Sequence record: MZ436830.1
Reading direction: 5' to 3' (one strand)
DNA: 64,000 bases
Source of the DNA: Escherichia phage JK1
Shown: one piece after another, positions 44,052 to 55,262 of the stretch
Layout: every line of letters starts with the position of its first letter
Numbering within the stretch: position 1 is the stretch's first letter
Program-made: the position numbers and the translations under genes
Notes under the pieces: model-generated
The model's input: only the letters and a program-made list of their open reading frames with translations
What the model was told of the DNA's origin: nothing
The model's database searches: none

Positions 44052-44399
44052 TTAATACGGTTTAGCATCAAATTTTCTCTCAATTTCAGGCGTGAAATAT
44101 AATTCTTTACCGCGTTTGGAAAAGCGACCAATAATATGATAATTATTCTCATCAAACGTAATATTACCAATATCCATAGCTTTCAACCAAATATCGATAT
44201 TTCTATCCAGCTTTATGTCAAAATTCCAATACGGAGAACTATTACCGAAAATACTGCAAGCGGATTCAGTGAAACAGCTACTATAAATCTTGTCTTTAGG
44301 AACTACTAATTGATAGACACCTTTAATAAACTGAGGACCCTGCCACTTTGGCTGTTTCTCGTCTTTTTCTAACAGAATAGGGTAATAATTAAAATTCAT
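44052..44399 (-). CDS. Hypothetical protein
   Basis: 115 aa ORF between frd and td. Confidence 0.55.
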   Translation of the reverse strand: MNFNYYPILLEKDEKQPKWQGPQFIKGVYQLVVPKDKIYSSCFTESACSIFGNSSPYWNFDIKLDRNIDIWLKAMDIGNITFDENNYHIIGRFSKRGKELYFTPEIERKFDAKPY

Positions 44400-44418
44400 A
44401 TTTCCGCCACGCGTTATT

Positions 44419-45245
<827 letters not shown>

Positions 45246-45256
45246 ATTATCTCCTA

Positions 45257-45589
45257 TTAAAAAGGATCAGGAACATATCCGCTAGCTTTAATCATTTTAA
45301 TTAACGTTAACATTCCTTTGTTAACTGCTCGTGAGATTTCATCAAAAACTTCATCACTAAAAAGTTCTAACACGCCCTTCTGAACTTTTAATTTACAGCC
45401 AACAATTTCTTCATCGCCTATAGTAAATTCATTACCACCAATTCCACCGAAAAACTTAATTACACCAGTTAACTGTCTTCCACGAGAATATGGGTCGTGT
45501 GATAAAGTAATATGAGTCACCCCGGGTACAGTTTTAAATTGGCAGCGAATATTTACTTGTGAAATTCCAGTTACATGAATGTCAGACAT
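45257..45589 (-). CDS. Hypothetical protein (frd.x cluster)
   Basis: 110 aa ORF. Confidence 0.55.
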   Translation of the reverse strand: MSDIHVTGISQVNIRCQFKTVPGVTHITLSHDPYSRGRQLTGVIKFFGGIGGNEFTIGDEEIVGCKLKVQKGVLELFSDEVFDEISRAVNKGMLTLIKMIKASGYVPDPF

Positions 45590-45599
45590 AATATTTTCC

Positions 45600-45842
45600 T
45601 CAAATAGACTTTTTCACAATTTTCCAATCAGCTTTAAACTGATCGACGTCAGAGTGATAAATCCAAAATCCTGCGCTTTCACCGTCTTCATAAAGCGGAC
45701 ACCCATCACATTCATCTTCCCATCCCATGCCACGTAAAAGGTGTTCAGCTTTTTCAACAAGTTCAGAATCTTTACCGATGATATTAAAATACCATTTACC
45801 TCTAACTTCCGAATCTTTGATGCTCTGACGTTGTAATCTCAT
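45600..45842 (-). CDS. Hypothetical protein (frd.x cluster)
   Basis: 80 aa ORF; ATG 45840-45842 preceded by GAGGAGAATAAA; early promoter upstream. Confidence 0.55.
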   Translation of the reverse strand: MRLQRQSIKDSEVRGKWYFNIIGKDSELVEKAEHLLRGMGWEDECDGCPLYEDGESAGFWIYHSDVDQFKADWKIVKKSI

Positions 45843-45868
45843 TTTATTCTCCTCAAGTTGATAAGGCT

Positions 45869-45897
45869 ATAGTATCATTACCATAGCCCGTTGTAAA
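45869..45897 (-). promoter_or_regulatory. Early-type promoter candidate with embedded inverted repeat
   Basis: Minus strand GTTTACA-17-TACTAT; inverted repeat GGCTAT/ATAGCC (45865-45870, 45883-45888). Confidence 0.45.
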
Positions 45898-45900
45898 CAA

Positions 45901-46161
45901 TTATTTTTGAATTTTATCGAGCCACTTACCAAGCTTAATCATTTCTTTAGTAGCCTTTTCCATACTTCTGAACTTGACCAATAGAGGATAGGTATCGACA
46001 CCCATAACTAAACTGGTTACAAGACTGTGTTCACCCACAAGCCATAACGAATACGTTTGAATATCGAGCCCGTAATTTCTGTCTTTATGGACCCGTACAC
46101 CCATCACTTCAAATTTCTCACTAGCTTTTTCTACCGCATCCAGGAAATCATCTTTAGTCAT
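45901..46161 (-). CDS. Hypothetical protein (frd.x cluster)
   Basis: ORF track start 46203 would overlap the upstream gene by 41 nt; internal ATG 46159-46161 gives 86 aa and a clean stop/start junction. Confidence 0.45.
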   Translation of the reverse strand: MTKDDFLDAVEKASEKFEVMGVRVHKDRNYGLDIQTYSLWLVGEHSLVTSLVMGVDTYPLLVKFRSMEKATKEMIKLGKWLDKIQK

Positions 46162-46162
46162 A

Positions 46163-46543
46163 TTAGGCCTTAAAAGTTTTTCGCAAAAGTTCAATGATTT
46201 CATCTACATTGTTTTCATCTACAATGCAGTGAATTTTTGTTACGCCAGAAACCTTGTCTTTGACTTCATTTTCTTCAGAAGTCGGTTCTTTATACTCACG
46301 AAAACAATGAAATTCATCTTCGCAAATTTCTAAAAGTCTATCTTTGAGGTAAAAATGCTTTCCATTTGCGCATTCAATGTGTTTTACTGCTTTATATCCA
46401 TTAGCGACGGAAACTTCTTTAACTTCAAACCATCCGCCATTATCTCGAATAGCTTTAACGATTGATGAATTAGAACGTGGGCTATAATTAATAAATGTAT
46501 CAATAAGTCTTGGAACAAGTTCATACTTTTTGCCAATATACAT
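46163..46543 (-). CDS. Hypothetical protein (frd.x cluster)
   Basis: 126 aa ORF. Confidence 0.55.
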   Translation of the reverse strand: MYIGKKYELVPRLIDTFINYSPRSNSSIVKAIRDNGGWFEVKEVSVANGYKAVKHIECANGKHFYLKDRLLEICEDEFHCFREYKEPTSEENEVKDKVSGVTKIHCIVDENNVDEIIELLRKTFKA

Positions 46544-46587
46544 TATGTTTTCCTCATTTTAACGGGGCTGTAATAGCCCCTTAATAA

Positions 46588-46818
46588 TTATTGTTCAATC
46601 AGTCCCATGTAAAATTCTGCGTCTTCAGAATCCATGCCGTCACAATACTCATTAGCCATAAAGCGGGTGAGGTCTTCAAGAGGACCTTCAATGACAATAG
46701 AAAAATTGCAATAATTGGGATCATCGTGAATACTTGTGATACTAAGCTCAGGATAACGATTACGAATAATTTCTTCAATATATTCAAAATCAACGATGTC
46801 AATATCAACTTTAGCCAT
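46588..46818 (-). CDS. Hypothetical small acidic protein
   Basis: ATG 46816-46818 (MAKVDIDIV...) has AGAGGA upstream; ORF track start 46839 lacks an SD; first gene after the early promoter downstream of gene 32. Confidence 0.5.
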   Translation of the reverse strand: MAKVDIDIVDFEYIEEIIRNRYPELSITSIHDDPNYCNFSIVIEGPLEDLTRFMANEYCDGMDSEDAEFYMGLIEQ

Positions 46819-46861
46819 ATTATTTTCCTCTTTAATCATCAGCAGTATTGCCGATAGTTGT

Positions 46862-46890
46862 ATAGTACCACAGTCCTTGTGGTATGTAAA
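46862..46890 (-). promoter_or_regulatory. Early-type promoter candidate downstream of gene 32 terminator
   Basis: Minus strand GTTTACA-17-TACTAT; spacer contains inverted repeat TACCACA-GTCCT-TGTGGTA. Confidence 0.45.
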
Positions 46891-46922
46891 CTGTTTTGTG
46901 AAAAAATTTTTGAAATAAAAAA

Positions 46923-46941
46923 GGGGACCCTAGAGGTCCCC
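46923..46941 (-). terminator. Gene 32 terminator (minus strand)
   Basis: GGGGACC-loop-GGTCCCC hairpin about 25 nt after the gene 32 stop, followed on the minus strand by TTTTTTATTTC. Confidence 0.7.
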
Positions 46942-46963
46942 AATTAATTAGTAATATAATCTA

Positions 46964-47872
46964 TTAAAGGTCATTCAAAAGGTCATCCAGGTCCGTGTCA
47001 TCAGCACTAGATGAACTACCAGAGCTTGAGCTCATAAAATCATCTTCAGTTTTTGTATTGAAGTCATCAACATTGAATGCATCCAAATCATCAGCAACTT
47101 TATCAGCTTTCTTAGCGGCAGTTGCTGCAGCACCACCCATAGCAGCAGTTCCCATAACTTGACTGAACTTAGTGCTCAGTTCTTCAAACGATTTGAATTT
47201 ATCTTTAGAAGTCATTTCAGAAAGGTCAACCATTTGTTCGAACAGTTCTTTCTGGAAAGATTCATCATCAATGTTTGGAATCGCAGATTGATTCAGGAAT
47301 TTAGATTCATCGTAGTTACTAAAACCAGAAACTTGTTTAACTTTCAGTACAAAGTTAGCACCTTCCCAAGGACAAGTTACATCAACCGGAGTTTCACCCA
47401 TTTCAACATCAACTGCAATCATTGCGTTGATTTTATCCCAGATTTTCTTACCGAAACGGTATTTAAATACTTTACCTTCATTTTCTGGAGCAGCTGGGTC
47501 TTTTACTACAAGAATGTTAGCCCAGTAAGAAGTTTTACGTTTAACAAGACTGTACTCTTTATTGTCAGTGTTGTACAGATCATTTTTACTAATGTATTGA
47601 CATACTGGGCAAGAATCGTAATCACCGTGGGTAGATGAACAATTTTCGATATACCATTTACCATTTTTCTTGAAACCGTGATTTACAAGAATTGCGAATG
47701 GTGCTTGTTCATCATTTTTAGACGGAAGAAAACGAATTACTGCTTGACCGTTACCCGCATTGTCGAGTTTCAGTTTCCACTCGCCTTTATCTTCAGAAGA
47801 AAAACCACCTTTATTTCCAGCCAGTTTAGCCATTTGTGCAGCGAGTTCAGCAGTAGATTTACGTTTAAACAT
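46964..47872 (-). CDS. 32: Single-stranded DNA-binding protein gp32
   Basis: 302 aa ORF; zinc-binding Cys/His cluster and acidic Ser/Asp-rich C-terminal tail; operator pseudoknot upstream and terminator downstream. Confidence 0.95.
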   Translation of the reverse strand: MFKRKSTAELAAQMAKLAGNKGGFSSEDKGEWKLKLDNAGNGQAVIRFLPSKNDEQAPFAILVNHGFKKNGKWYIENCSSTHGDYDSCPVCQYISKNDLYNTDNKEYSLVKRKTSYWANILVVKDPAAPENEGKVFKYRFGKKIWDKINAMIAVDVEMGETPVDVTCPWEGANFVLKVKQVSGFSNYDESKFLNQSAIPNIDDESFQKELFEQMVDLSEMTSKDKFKSFEELSTKFSQVMGTAAMGGAAATAAKKADKVADDLDAFNVDDFNTKTEDDFMSSSSGSSSSADDTDLDDLLNDL

Positions 47873-47906
47873 TTTTATTTCCTTTTTAATTTAATTAACA
47901 GTTGGT

Positions 47907-47939
47907 GCTATGACGATGTATGACCTCATAGCTGGTCAG
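47907..47939 (-). promoter_or_regulatory. Gene 32 mRNA leader pseudoknot (autoregulatory translational operator)
   Basis: Minus-strand RNA: stem 1 UGACC/GGUCA interleaved with stem 2 GCUAUGA/UCAUAGC (H-type), followed by an A/U-rich unstructured leader to the ATG at 47872. Confidence 0.6.
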
Positions 47940-47955
47940 TGAGATAATTATAATC

Positions 47956-47963
47956 TATTTATA
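47956..47963 (-). promoter_or_regulatory. Late promoter TATAAATA (gene 32, minus strand)
   Basis: Plus-strand TATTTATA upstream of the gene 32 leader pseudoknot. Confidence 0.55.
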
Positions 47964-47971
47964 ATAAGCAA

Positions 47972-48625
47972 TTAATACTTACAAGATTTCACAGTTTCAA
48001 TGAAAACATTTTTAGCTTTCTGTGAATCAATATTTAAAATTTTTCTATAAGCCTTTAACTTTATAGAATAATTATTCCAGACTAAATTATCAGTCTGTTC
48101 ATCATGTTTATCGATTATATTTAAAAACGAATCAAGCAAGATAAACGTCTCAAACGAAATTATATTCGATTGCAGAAGTTTAAAAATATAACTTGACTGA
48201 ACTTTTGGATTATACTCAAAGATTTCTTTAAAAGCAGAAACTTCAACTTTTTTACTAAAATAATAAATGTTGCGAATATCTTCTTCAAACTTAAATTTAA
48301 TTTGCTTTAAGCGTCCGATATATTCACGATAAAACACAAGTGCATCAGCGTCAGAGATGTCGCCAATCCAAGCATCTTGGTTAGCAACCAAATTACTTAT
48401 AAAGATTAAAGCAAGTTCCTTTAATTTATATTTTTCTGATAACTTCTGGAAAAAATACTTATCCCTTCGCTTTTGATAAGCGGCATCAGACACCCGCATG
48501 CACCAATTATACTTAATAACATCATACTTTCCATTCATATGCTGTTTTATCATTAAGTATAATTTATAAACTGATTTACCATCAATGTATCTTTCACCAC
48601 CAGCAGGCATGCGGAGTTTAATCAT
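47972..48625 (-). CDS. 59: gp59 helicase loader
   Basis: 217 aa ORF, length and position as T4 gp59. Confidence 0.88.
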   Translation of the reverse strand: MIKLRMPAGGERYIDGKSVYKLYLMIKQHMNGKYDVIKYNWCMRVSDAAYQKRRDKYFFQKLSEKYKLKELALIFISNLVANQDAWIGDISDADALVFYREYIGRLKQIKFKFEEDIRNIYYFSKKVEVSAFKEIFEYNPKVQSSYIFKLLQSNIISFETFILLDSFLNIIDKHDEQTDNLVWNNYSIKLKAYRKILNIDSQKAKNVFIETVKSCKY

Positions 48626-48960
48626 AGTAGAAAATCTAATGTATTAGTTTTTTCACAACGAACAACAGAAGGACGTAAAAGATTTTCGTCAATAGCTTCC
48701 GACTGAATTTTTTCAATTATACCCGAAGGAATAAATTTAGCAAATTGAGTTTCAGGAATAGAGTTTTCTTCCAAGAATGCTGTCGTAGCTTCAAGATAAC
48801 TCATTCCAAACTCTTCTACCATTTTTTCAATAATAAATCCATTTTCTTGACGATCAAGAAGCTTTGCTATTTCATCCTTTTCTTTCTTGATTGAAAGTTC
48901 TTTTTCTGAAAGACCGGTCTCATCGACCGGGCGAATATCATTTAGAGAAAACTGTGTCAT
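48622..48960 (-). CDS. 33: gp33 late transcription co-activator
   Basis: 112 aa from ATG 48958-48960 (MTQFSLNDIRP...); ORF track extends 3 codons. Confidence 0.85.
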   Translation of the reverse strand: MTQFSLNDIRPVDETGLSEKELSIKKEKDEIAKLLDRQENGFIIEKMVEEFGMSYLEATTAFLEENSIPETQFAKFIPSGIIEKIQSEAIDENLLRPSVVRCEKTNTLDFLL

Positions 48961-49207
48961 AAAGTTCAACTACCTCTTCAGTTTCAGCTTCAAACACATC
49001 ACGGTTATCTTTATGATACAAAGCTAATAGACGATTAAACATCTTACCATCAACGCCAAGTTCATCTTTGGCACGAATTCGAATATCTTTAATCAGTTCA
49101 TTATAACCGGAAATTTTCAGTTTATGATCAGATGCTTCTTTAATAAATTTAGCCAAGTCTTCGCCATGGATAGCTTCATCAAATTCAACCATTTCTTTTT
49201 TAGCCAT
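48938..49207 (-). CDS. dsbA: DsbA double-stranded DNA-binding protein
   Basis: 89 aa ORF; overlaps gene 33 start by 23 nt. Confidence 0.8.
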   Translation of the reverse strand: MAKKEMVEFDEAIHGEDLAKFIKEASDHKLKISGYNELIKDIRIRAKDELGVDGKMFNRLLALYHKDNRDVFEAETEEVVELYDTVFSK

Positions 49208-49215
49208 TATTCACC

Positions 49216-50133
49216 TCAAAATTCATTAATGCTATTAGTTAATTTAGAAAGACCCGCTTTTACAAAATATGAATAAATTTTGCCACGCGGTGGTAATTTA
49301 TATGAATTATAGTAATTCACAATGTTTGAAGCAATATTATCAGGAATATAATCAAAATCAATTAGAACTAAATTTTCTTTATAACGATTATATTCAGATT
49401 CTGTGAGAAGCACCTTAGCTTGCTCACGGTCATTAGCAATAGCTTCAACGATTGAAGTTTTCATTGAAGGAGTTCGTTCACCTTCAACTCTGGTAAACCA
49501 AAAGTCAGATCGTACTTTAACTGAAGCAACGTTATCCTTTTTGTCGCCTTTAAGGATTTTAGTCATACAGTCAATTTCAGCAGAACCGCTTTTAATTTTA
49601 ACCCATTTCTTATGCATCGGTGACCATTGCTTAACATTTGGGTATTTGTGAAGCTGTGTAAAGTCACCATCCGATGAAATGATTAAAATCTTGTGTCCTT
49701 CTAAAGAGAACTTTTTAACAAGAACAGCAATGTGGTCATCTGCTTCATACTTATCAATATCCATAACAATGTATGGCATATAAGCTTTCAATTCATCTAT
49801 AACTTTATGACTGGATTCAAAATAACCTTCCCAGTCCCAAGTCGATTCTTCTCGTGCTTTTCCACGGTTTTTCTTATAATAATAAGCGAAATCACGACGC
49901 CAGTATCCAGATTTCGCGTTATCAATACACAGTACAATTTTAGTGTATCCAAGCGTTTTTGCTTTTTTGACATTAAACTTAATTGAGTTCAATATCAAAT
50001 GACGAACCATTGATAAATTAATTTTTTCTTTATCTGGGAAGTTTACCAGAGCAGTTGAAAGCGCAATTTGACTAAAGTCAATAAAGCAAATTCCTTCTTT
50101 GTAATCTTCATCCAGCATCATTTCTAAATCCAT
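49216..50133 (-). CDS. rnh: RNase H / 5'-3' exonuclease (FEN family)
   Basis: 305 aa from ATG 50131-50133 (MDLEMMLDEDYKEG...); ORF track start 50148 is TTG; early promoter upstream. Confidence 0.9.
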   Translation of the reverse strand: MDLEMMLDEDYKEGICFIDFSQIALSTALVNFPDKEKINLSMVRHLILNSIKFNVKKAKTLGYTKIVLCIDNAKSGYWRRDFAYYYKKNRGKAREESTWDWEGYFESSHKVIDELKAYMPYIVMDIDKYEADDHIAVLVKKFSLEGHKILIISSDGDFTQLHKYPNVKQWSPMHKKWVKIKSGSAEIDCMTKILKGDKKDNVASVKVRSDFWFTRVEGERTPSMKTSIVEAIANDREQAKVLLTESEYNRYKENLVLIDFDYIPDNIASNIVNYYNSYKLPPRGKIYSYFVKAGLSKLTNSINEF

Positions 50134-50162
50134 ATGAACCTCGTTCAATTAGTGAGATTTCT

Positions 50163-50191
50163 ATTATATACCATCCGAATCTTAAAGTAAA
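50163..50191 (-). promoter_or_regulatory. Early sigma70-type promoter upstream of rnh
   Basis: Minus strand GTTTACT-17-TATAAT in the rnh/gene 34 divergent region. Confidence 0.55.
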
Positions 50192-50195
50192 CAAG

Positions 50196-50203
50196 TATAA
50201 ATA
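50196..50203 (+). promoter_or_regulatory. Late promoter TATAAATA (gene 34)
   Basis: Exact motif 35 nt upstream of gene 34 ATG. Confidence 0.6.
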
Positions 50204-50237
50204 CTTATTATTGAAAACACAATAGGAGCCCGGGAGA

Positions 50238-53200
50238 ATGGCCGAGATTAAAAGAAAGTTCAGAGCAGAAGATGGTCTGGACGCAGGTGGTGATAAAATA
50301 ATCAACGTAGCTTTAGCTGATCGTACCGTAGGAACTGACGGTGTTAACGTTGATTACTTAATTCAAGAAAACACAGTTCAACAATACGATCCAACTCGTG
50401 GATATTTAAAAGATTTTGTAATCATTTATGATAACCGCTTTTGGGCTGCTATAAATGATATTCCAAAACCGGCAGGAGCTTTTAATAGCGGACGCTGGAG
50501 AGCATTACGTACCGATGCTAACTGGATTACAGTCTCATCTGGTTCATATCAATTAAAATCCGGTGAAGCTATTTCGGTTAACACTGCAGCTGGTAATGAT
50601 ATTACATTTACTTTACCATCTACCCCAATTGACGGTGATACTATCGTTCTCCAAGATATTGGAGGAAAACCTGGAGTTAACCAAGTTTTAATTGTAGCTC
50701 CAGTGCAAAGTATTGTAAACTTTAGAGGTGAACAGGTACGTTCAGTACTAATGACTCATCCAAAGTCACAGCTAGTTTTAATTTTTAGTAATCGTCTGTG
50801 GCAAATGTATGTAGCTGATTATAGTAGAGAAGCTGTAGTTGTAACACCAGCGAATACTTATCAAGCGCAATCTAATGATTTTATCGTGCGTAGATTTACT
50901 TCTGCTGCACCAATTAATGTTAAACTTCCAAGATTTGCTAATCATGGCGATATTATTAATTTCGTCGATTTAGATAAACTGAATCCACTTTATCATACAA
51001 TTGTTACTACATACGATGAAACGACTTCAGTACAAGAAGTTGGAACTCATTCCATTGAAGGCCGTACATCGATTGACGGTTTCTTGATGTTTGATGATAA
51101 TGAGAAATTGTGGAGATTGTTTGACGGGGATAGTAAAGCACGTTTACGCATTATAACGACTAATTCTAATATTCGTCCAAACGAAGAAGTTATGGTATTT
51201 GGTGCGAATAACGGAACAACTCAGACAATTGAACTTCAGCTTCCTACTGATATTTCTGTTGGTGATACTGTTAAAATTTCCATGAATTACATGAGAAAAG
51301 GACAAACAGTTAAAATCAAAGCTGCAGGTGAAGATAAAATTGCTTCTTCAGTTCAATTGCTGCAATTCCCAAAACGCTCAGAATATCCACCTGAAGCTGA
51401 ATGGGTTACAGTTCAAGAATTAGTTTTTAACGGTGAAACTAATTATGTTCCAGTTTTACAACTTGCTTATATAGAAGATTCTGATGGAAAATACTGGGTT
51501 GTACAGCAAAACGTTCCAACTGTAGAAAGAGTTGATTCTTTAAATGATTCTACTAGAGCAAGATTAGGCGTAATTGCTTTAGCTACACAAGCTCAAGCTA
51601 ATGTCGATTTAGAAAATTCTCCACAAAAAGAATTAGCAATTACTCCAGAAACATTAGCTAATCGTACTGCTACTGAAACTCGTAGAGGTATCGCAAGAAT
51701 AGCAACTACTGCTCAAGTGAATCAGAACACCACATTCTCTTTTGCTGATGATATTATCATCACTCCTAAAAAGCTGAATGAAAGAACTGCTACAGAAACT
51801 CGCAGAGGTGTCGCAGAAATTGCTACGCAGCAGGAAACTAATACAGGTACTGATGATACTACAATCATCACTCCTAAAAAGCTTCAAGCTCGTCAAGGTT
51901 CTGAATCATTATCTGGTATTGTAACTTTTGTATCTACTGCAGGTGCTACTCCAGCTTCTAGCCGTGAATTAAATGGTACGAATGTTTATAATAAAAACAC
52001 TAATAATTTAGTTGTTTCACCTAAAGCTTTGGATCAGTATAAAGCTACTCCAACACAGCAAGGTGCAGTAATTTTAGCAGTTGAAAGTGAAGTAATTGCT
52101 GGACAAAGTCAGGAAGGATGGGCAAATGCTGTTGTAACGCCAGAAACGTTACATAAAAAGACATCAACTGATGGAAGAATTGGTTTAATTGAAATTGCTA
52201 CGCAAAGTGAAGTTAATACAGGAACTGATTATACTCGTGCAGTCACTCCTAAAACTTTAAATGACCGTAGAGCAACTGAAAGTTTAAGTGGTATAGCTGA
52301 AATTGCTACACAGGTTGAATTCGACGCAGGCGTCGACGATACTCGTATCTCTACACCATTAAAAATTAAAACCAGATTTAATAGTACTGATCGTACTTCT
52401 GTTGTTGCTCTATCTGGATTAGTTGAATCAGGAACTCTCTGGGACCATTATACCCTTAATATTCTTGAAGCAAATGAGACACAGCGTGGTACACTTCGTG
52501 TAGCTACACAGGTCGAAGCTGCTGCAGGAACATTAGATAATGTTTTAATAACTCCTAAAAAGCTTTTAGGTACTAAATCTACCGAATCGCAAGAAGGTGT
52601 TATTAAAGTTGCAACTCAGTCTGAAACTGTAGCTGGAACGTCAGCAAATACTGCTGTATCTCCAAAAAATTTAAAATGGATTGCGCAGAGTGAACCAACC
52701 TGGGCAGCTACTACTGCGATAAGAGGTTTTGTTAAAACTTCATCCGGTTCAATTACATTCGTTGGTAATGATACAGTCGGTTCTACCCAAGATTTAGAAC
52801 TGTATGAGAAAAATAGCTATGCAGTATCACCATATGAATTAAACCGTGTATTAGCAAATTATTTACCGTTAAAAGCAAAAGCTGCTGATACAAATTTATT
52901 GGATGGTCTAGATTCATCTCAGTTCATTCGTAGGGATATTGCACAGACGGTTAATGGTTCACTAACCTTAACCCAACAAACGAATCTGAGTGCCCCTCTT
53001 GTATCATCTAGTACTGCTACGTTTGGTGGTTCAGTTTCGGCAAATAGTACATTAACTATTTCTAATACTGGAACTGCAACTCGTCTGATTTTTGAGAAAG
53101 GACCTCAAACTGGAACTAACCCAGCACAGACGATGACTATTAGAGTTTGGGGAAATCAGTTTGGCGGCGGTTCAGATACAACACGTTCTACTGTATTTGA

Positions 53201-54107
53201 AGTTGGTGATGAAACGTCTAATCACTTTTATTCTCAACGTAATAAAGCTGGGAATATAACGTTTAGTATCAATGGTACTGTAATGCCAATAAACATTAAT
53301 GCTTCGGGTTCTTTAAATGCGAATGGCGTTGCAACATTTGGTAGTTCAGTTACAGCCAATGGTGAATTCATCAGCAAGTCTGCAAATGCTTTTAGAGCAA
53401 TAAACGGTGATTATGGGTTCTTTATTCGCAATGATGCTGCTAATACCTATTTTATGCTCACTGCATCCGGTGATCAGACTGGCGGATTTAATGGATTACG
53501 TCCTTTGTCTATTAATAATGCATCTGGCCAAGTAACGATTGGTGAAAGCTTAATAATTGCCAAAGGTGCTACTATAAATTCAGGTGGTTTGACTGTTAAC
53601 TCAAGAATTCGTTCTCAGGGTACTAAAACATCTGACTTATATACCCGTGCGCCAACATCTGATACTGTAGGATTCTGGTCAATTGATATTAATGATTCAG
53701 CTACTTATAACCAGTTCCCGGGTTATTTTAAAATGGTTGAAAAAACTAATGAAGTGACTGGACTTCCGTACTTAGAACGTGGCGAAGAAGTTAAATCTCC
53801 TGGTACACTGACACAGTTTGGTAACACACTTGATTCGCTTTACCAAGATTGGATTACTTATCCAACGACACCAGAAGCGCGTACCACTCGCTGGACACGT
53901 ACATGGCAGAAAACCAAAAACTCTTGGTCAAGTTTTGTTCAGGTATTTGACGGAGGTAACCCTCCTCAACCATCTGATATCGGTGCTTTACCATCTGATA
54001 ATGCTACAATGGGGAATCTTACTATTCGTGATTTCTTACGAATTGGTAATGTTCGCATTATTCCTGACCCAGTGAATAAAACTGTTAAATTTGAATGGGT
54101 TGAATAA
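50238..54107 (+). CDS. 34: Long tail fibre proximal subunit gp34
   Basis: 1289 aa ORF; N-terminus MAEIKRKFRAEDGLDAGGDKIINVALADRT as recalled for T4 gp34; late promoter 50196-50203. Confidence 0.95.
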   Translation: MAEIKRKFRAEDGLDAGGDKIINVALADRTVGTDGVNVDYLIQENTVQQYDPTRGYLKDFVIIYDNRFWAAINDIPKPAGAFNSGRWRALRTDANWITVSSGSYQLKSGEAISVNTAAGNDITFTLPSTPIDGDTIVLQDIGGKPGVNQVLIVAPVQSIVNFRGEQVRSVLMTHPKSQLVLIFSNRLWQMYVADYSREAVVVTPANTYQAQSNDFIVRRFTSAAPINVKLPRFANHGDIINFVDLDKLNPLYHTIVTTYDETTSVQEVGTHSIEGRTSIDGFLMFDDNEKLWRLFDGDSKARLRIITTNSNIRPNEEVMVFGANNGTTQTIELQLPTDISVGDTVKISMNYMRKGQTVKIKAAGEDKIASSVQLLQFPKRSEYPPEAEWVTVQELVFNGETNYVPVLQLAYIEDSDGKYWVVQQNVPTVERVDSLNDSTRARLGVIALATQAQANVDLENSPQKELAITPETLANRTATETRRGIARIATTAQVNQNTTFSFADDIIITPKKLNERTATETRRGVAEIATQQETNTGTDDTTIITPKKLQARQGSESLSGIVTFVSTAGATPASSRELNGTNVYNKNTNNLVVSPKALDQYKATPTQQGAVILAVESEVIAGQSQEGWANAVVTPETLHKKTSTDGRIGLIEIATQSEVNTGTDYTRAVTPKTLNDRRATESLSGIAEIATQVEFDAGVDDTRISTPLKIKTRFNSTDRTSVVALSGLVESGTLWDHYTLNILEANETQRGTLRVATQVEAAAGTLDNVLITPKKLLGTKSTESQEGVIKVATQSETVAGTSANTAVSPKNLKWIAQSEPTWAATTAIRGFVKTSSGSITFVGNDTVGSTQDLELYEKNSYAVSPYELNRVLANYLPLKAKAADTNLLDGLDSSQFIRRDIAQTVNGSLTLTQQTNLSAPLVSSSTATFGGSVSANSTLTISNTGTATRLIFEKGPQTGTNPAQTMTIRVWGNQFGGGSDTTRSTVFEVGDETSNHFYSQRNKAGNITFSINGTVMPININASGSLNANGVATFGSSVTANGEFISKSANAFRAINGDYGFFIRNDAANTYFMLTASGDQTGGFNGLRPLSINNASGQVTIGESLIIAKGATINSGGLTVNSRIRSQGTKTSDLYTRAPTSDTVGFWSIDINDSATYNQFPGYFKMVEKTNEVTGLPYLERGEEVKSPGTLTQFGNTLDSLYQDWITYPTTPEARTTRWTRTWQKTKNSWSSFVQVFDGGNPPQPSDIGALPSDNATMGNLTIRDFLRIGNVRIIPDPVNKTVKFEWVE

Positions 54108-54115
54108 GAGGTATT

Positions 54116-55231
54116 ATGGAAAAATTTATGGCAGAGTTTGGACAAGGATATGTCCAAACACCATTTTTATCGGAAAGCAATTCAGTAAGATATAAAATAA
54201 GCATAGCGGGTTCTTGCCCGCTTTCTACAGCAGGACCATACGTTAAATTTCAGGATAATCCTGTAGGAAGTCAAACATTTAGCGCAGGCCTTCATTTAAG
54301 AGTTTTTGACCCTTCCACCGGAGCATTAGTTGATAGTAAATCATATGCTTTTTCGACTTCAAATGATACTACATCAGCTGCCTTTGTTAGTTTCATGAAT
54401 TCTTTGACGAATAATCGAATTGTTGCTATATTAACTAACGGAAAGGTTAATTTTCCTCCTGAAGTAGTATCTTGGTTAAGAACCGCCGGAACGTCTGCTT
54501 TTCCATCTGACTCTATATTGTCAAGATTCGACGTATCATATGCTGCTTTTTATACTTCTTCTAAAAGAGCTATTGCATTAGAGCATGTTAAACTGAGTAA
54601 TAGAAAAAGCACAGATGATTATCAAACTATTTTAGATGTTGTATTTGACAGTTTAGAAGACGTCGGAGCTACCGGGTTTCCAAGAAGAACGTATGAAAGT
54701 GTTGAGCAATTTATGTCGGCAGTCGGTGGAACTAATAACGAAATTGCGAGATTGCCAACTTCAGCTGCTATAAGTAAATTATCTGATTATAATTTAATTC
54801 CTGGTGATGTTCTTTATCTTAAAGCACAGCTATATGCTGATGCTGATTTACTTGCACTTGGAACTACAAATATATCTATCCGTTTTTATAATGCATCTAA
54901 TGGATATATTTCCTCGACACAAGCTGAGTTTACTGGGCAAGCTGGGTCATGGGAATTAAAGGAAGATTATGTAGTTGTTCCAGAAAACGCAGTAGGATTT
55001 ACGATATATGCACAAAGAACTGCGCAAGCTGGCCAAGGTGGCATGAGAAATTTAAGCTTTTCTGAAGTATCAAGAAACGGCGGTATTTCAAAACCTGCTG
55101 AATTTGGCGTCAATGGTATTCGTGTTAATTATATCTGTGAATCTGCTTCACCTCCGGATATAATGGTACTTCCTACGCAAGCATCGTCTAAAGCTGGTAA
55201 AGTGTTTGGACAAGAATTTAGAGAAGTTTAA
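54116..55231 (+). CDS. 35: Long tail fibre hinge protein gp35
   Basis: 371 aa ORF; position; terminator downstream. Confidence 0.9.
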   Translation: MEKFMAEFGQGYVQTPFLSESNSVRYKISIAGSCPLSTAGPYVKFQDNPVGSQTFSAGLHLRVFDPSTGALVDSKSYAFSTSNDTTSAAFVSFMNSLTNNRIVAILTNGKVNFPPEVVSWLRTAGTSAFPSDSILSRFDVSYAAFYTSSKRAIALEHVKLSNRKSTDDYQTILDVVFDSLEDVGATGFPRRTYESVEQFMSAVGGTNNEIARLPTSAAISKLSDYNLIPGDVLYLKAQLYADADLLALGTTNISIRFYNASNGYISSTQAEFTGQAGSWELKEDYVVVPENAVGFTIYAQRTAQAGQGGMRNLSFSEVSRNGGISKPAEFGVNGIRVNYICESASPPDIMVLPTQASSKAGKVFGQEFREV

Positions 55232-55236
55232 ATTGA

Positions 55237-55260
55237 GGGAGCCTTCGGGTTCCCTTTTTC
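55237..55260 (+). terminator. Terminator after gene 35
   Basis: GGGAGCC-TTCG-GGTTCCC hairpin followed by TTTTTCTTT. Confidence 0.7.
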
Positions 55261-55262
55261 TT

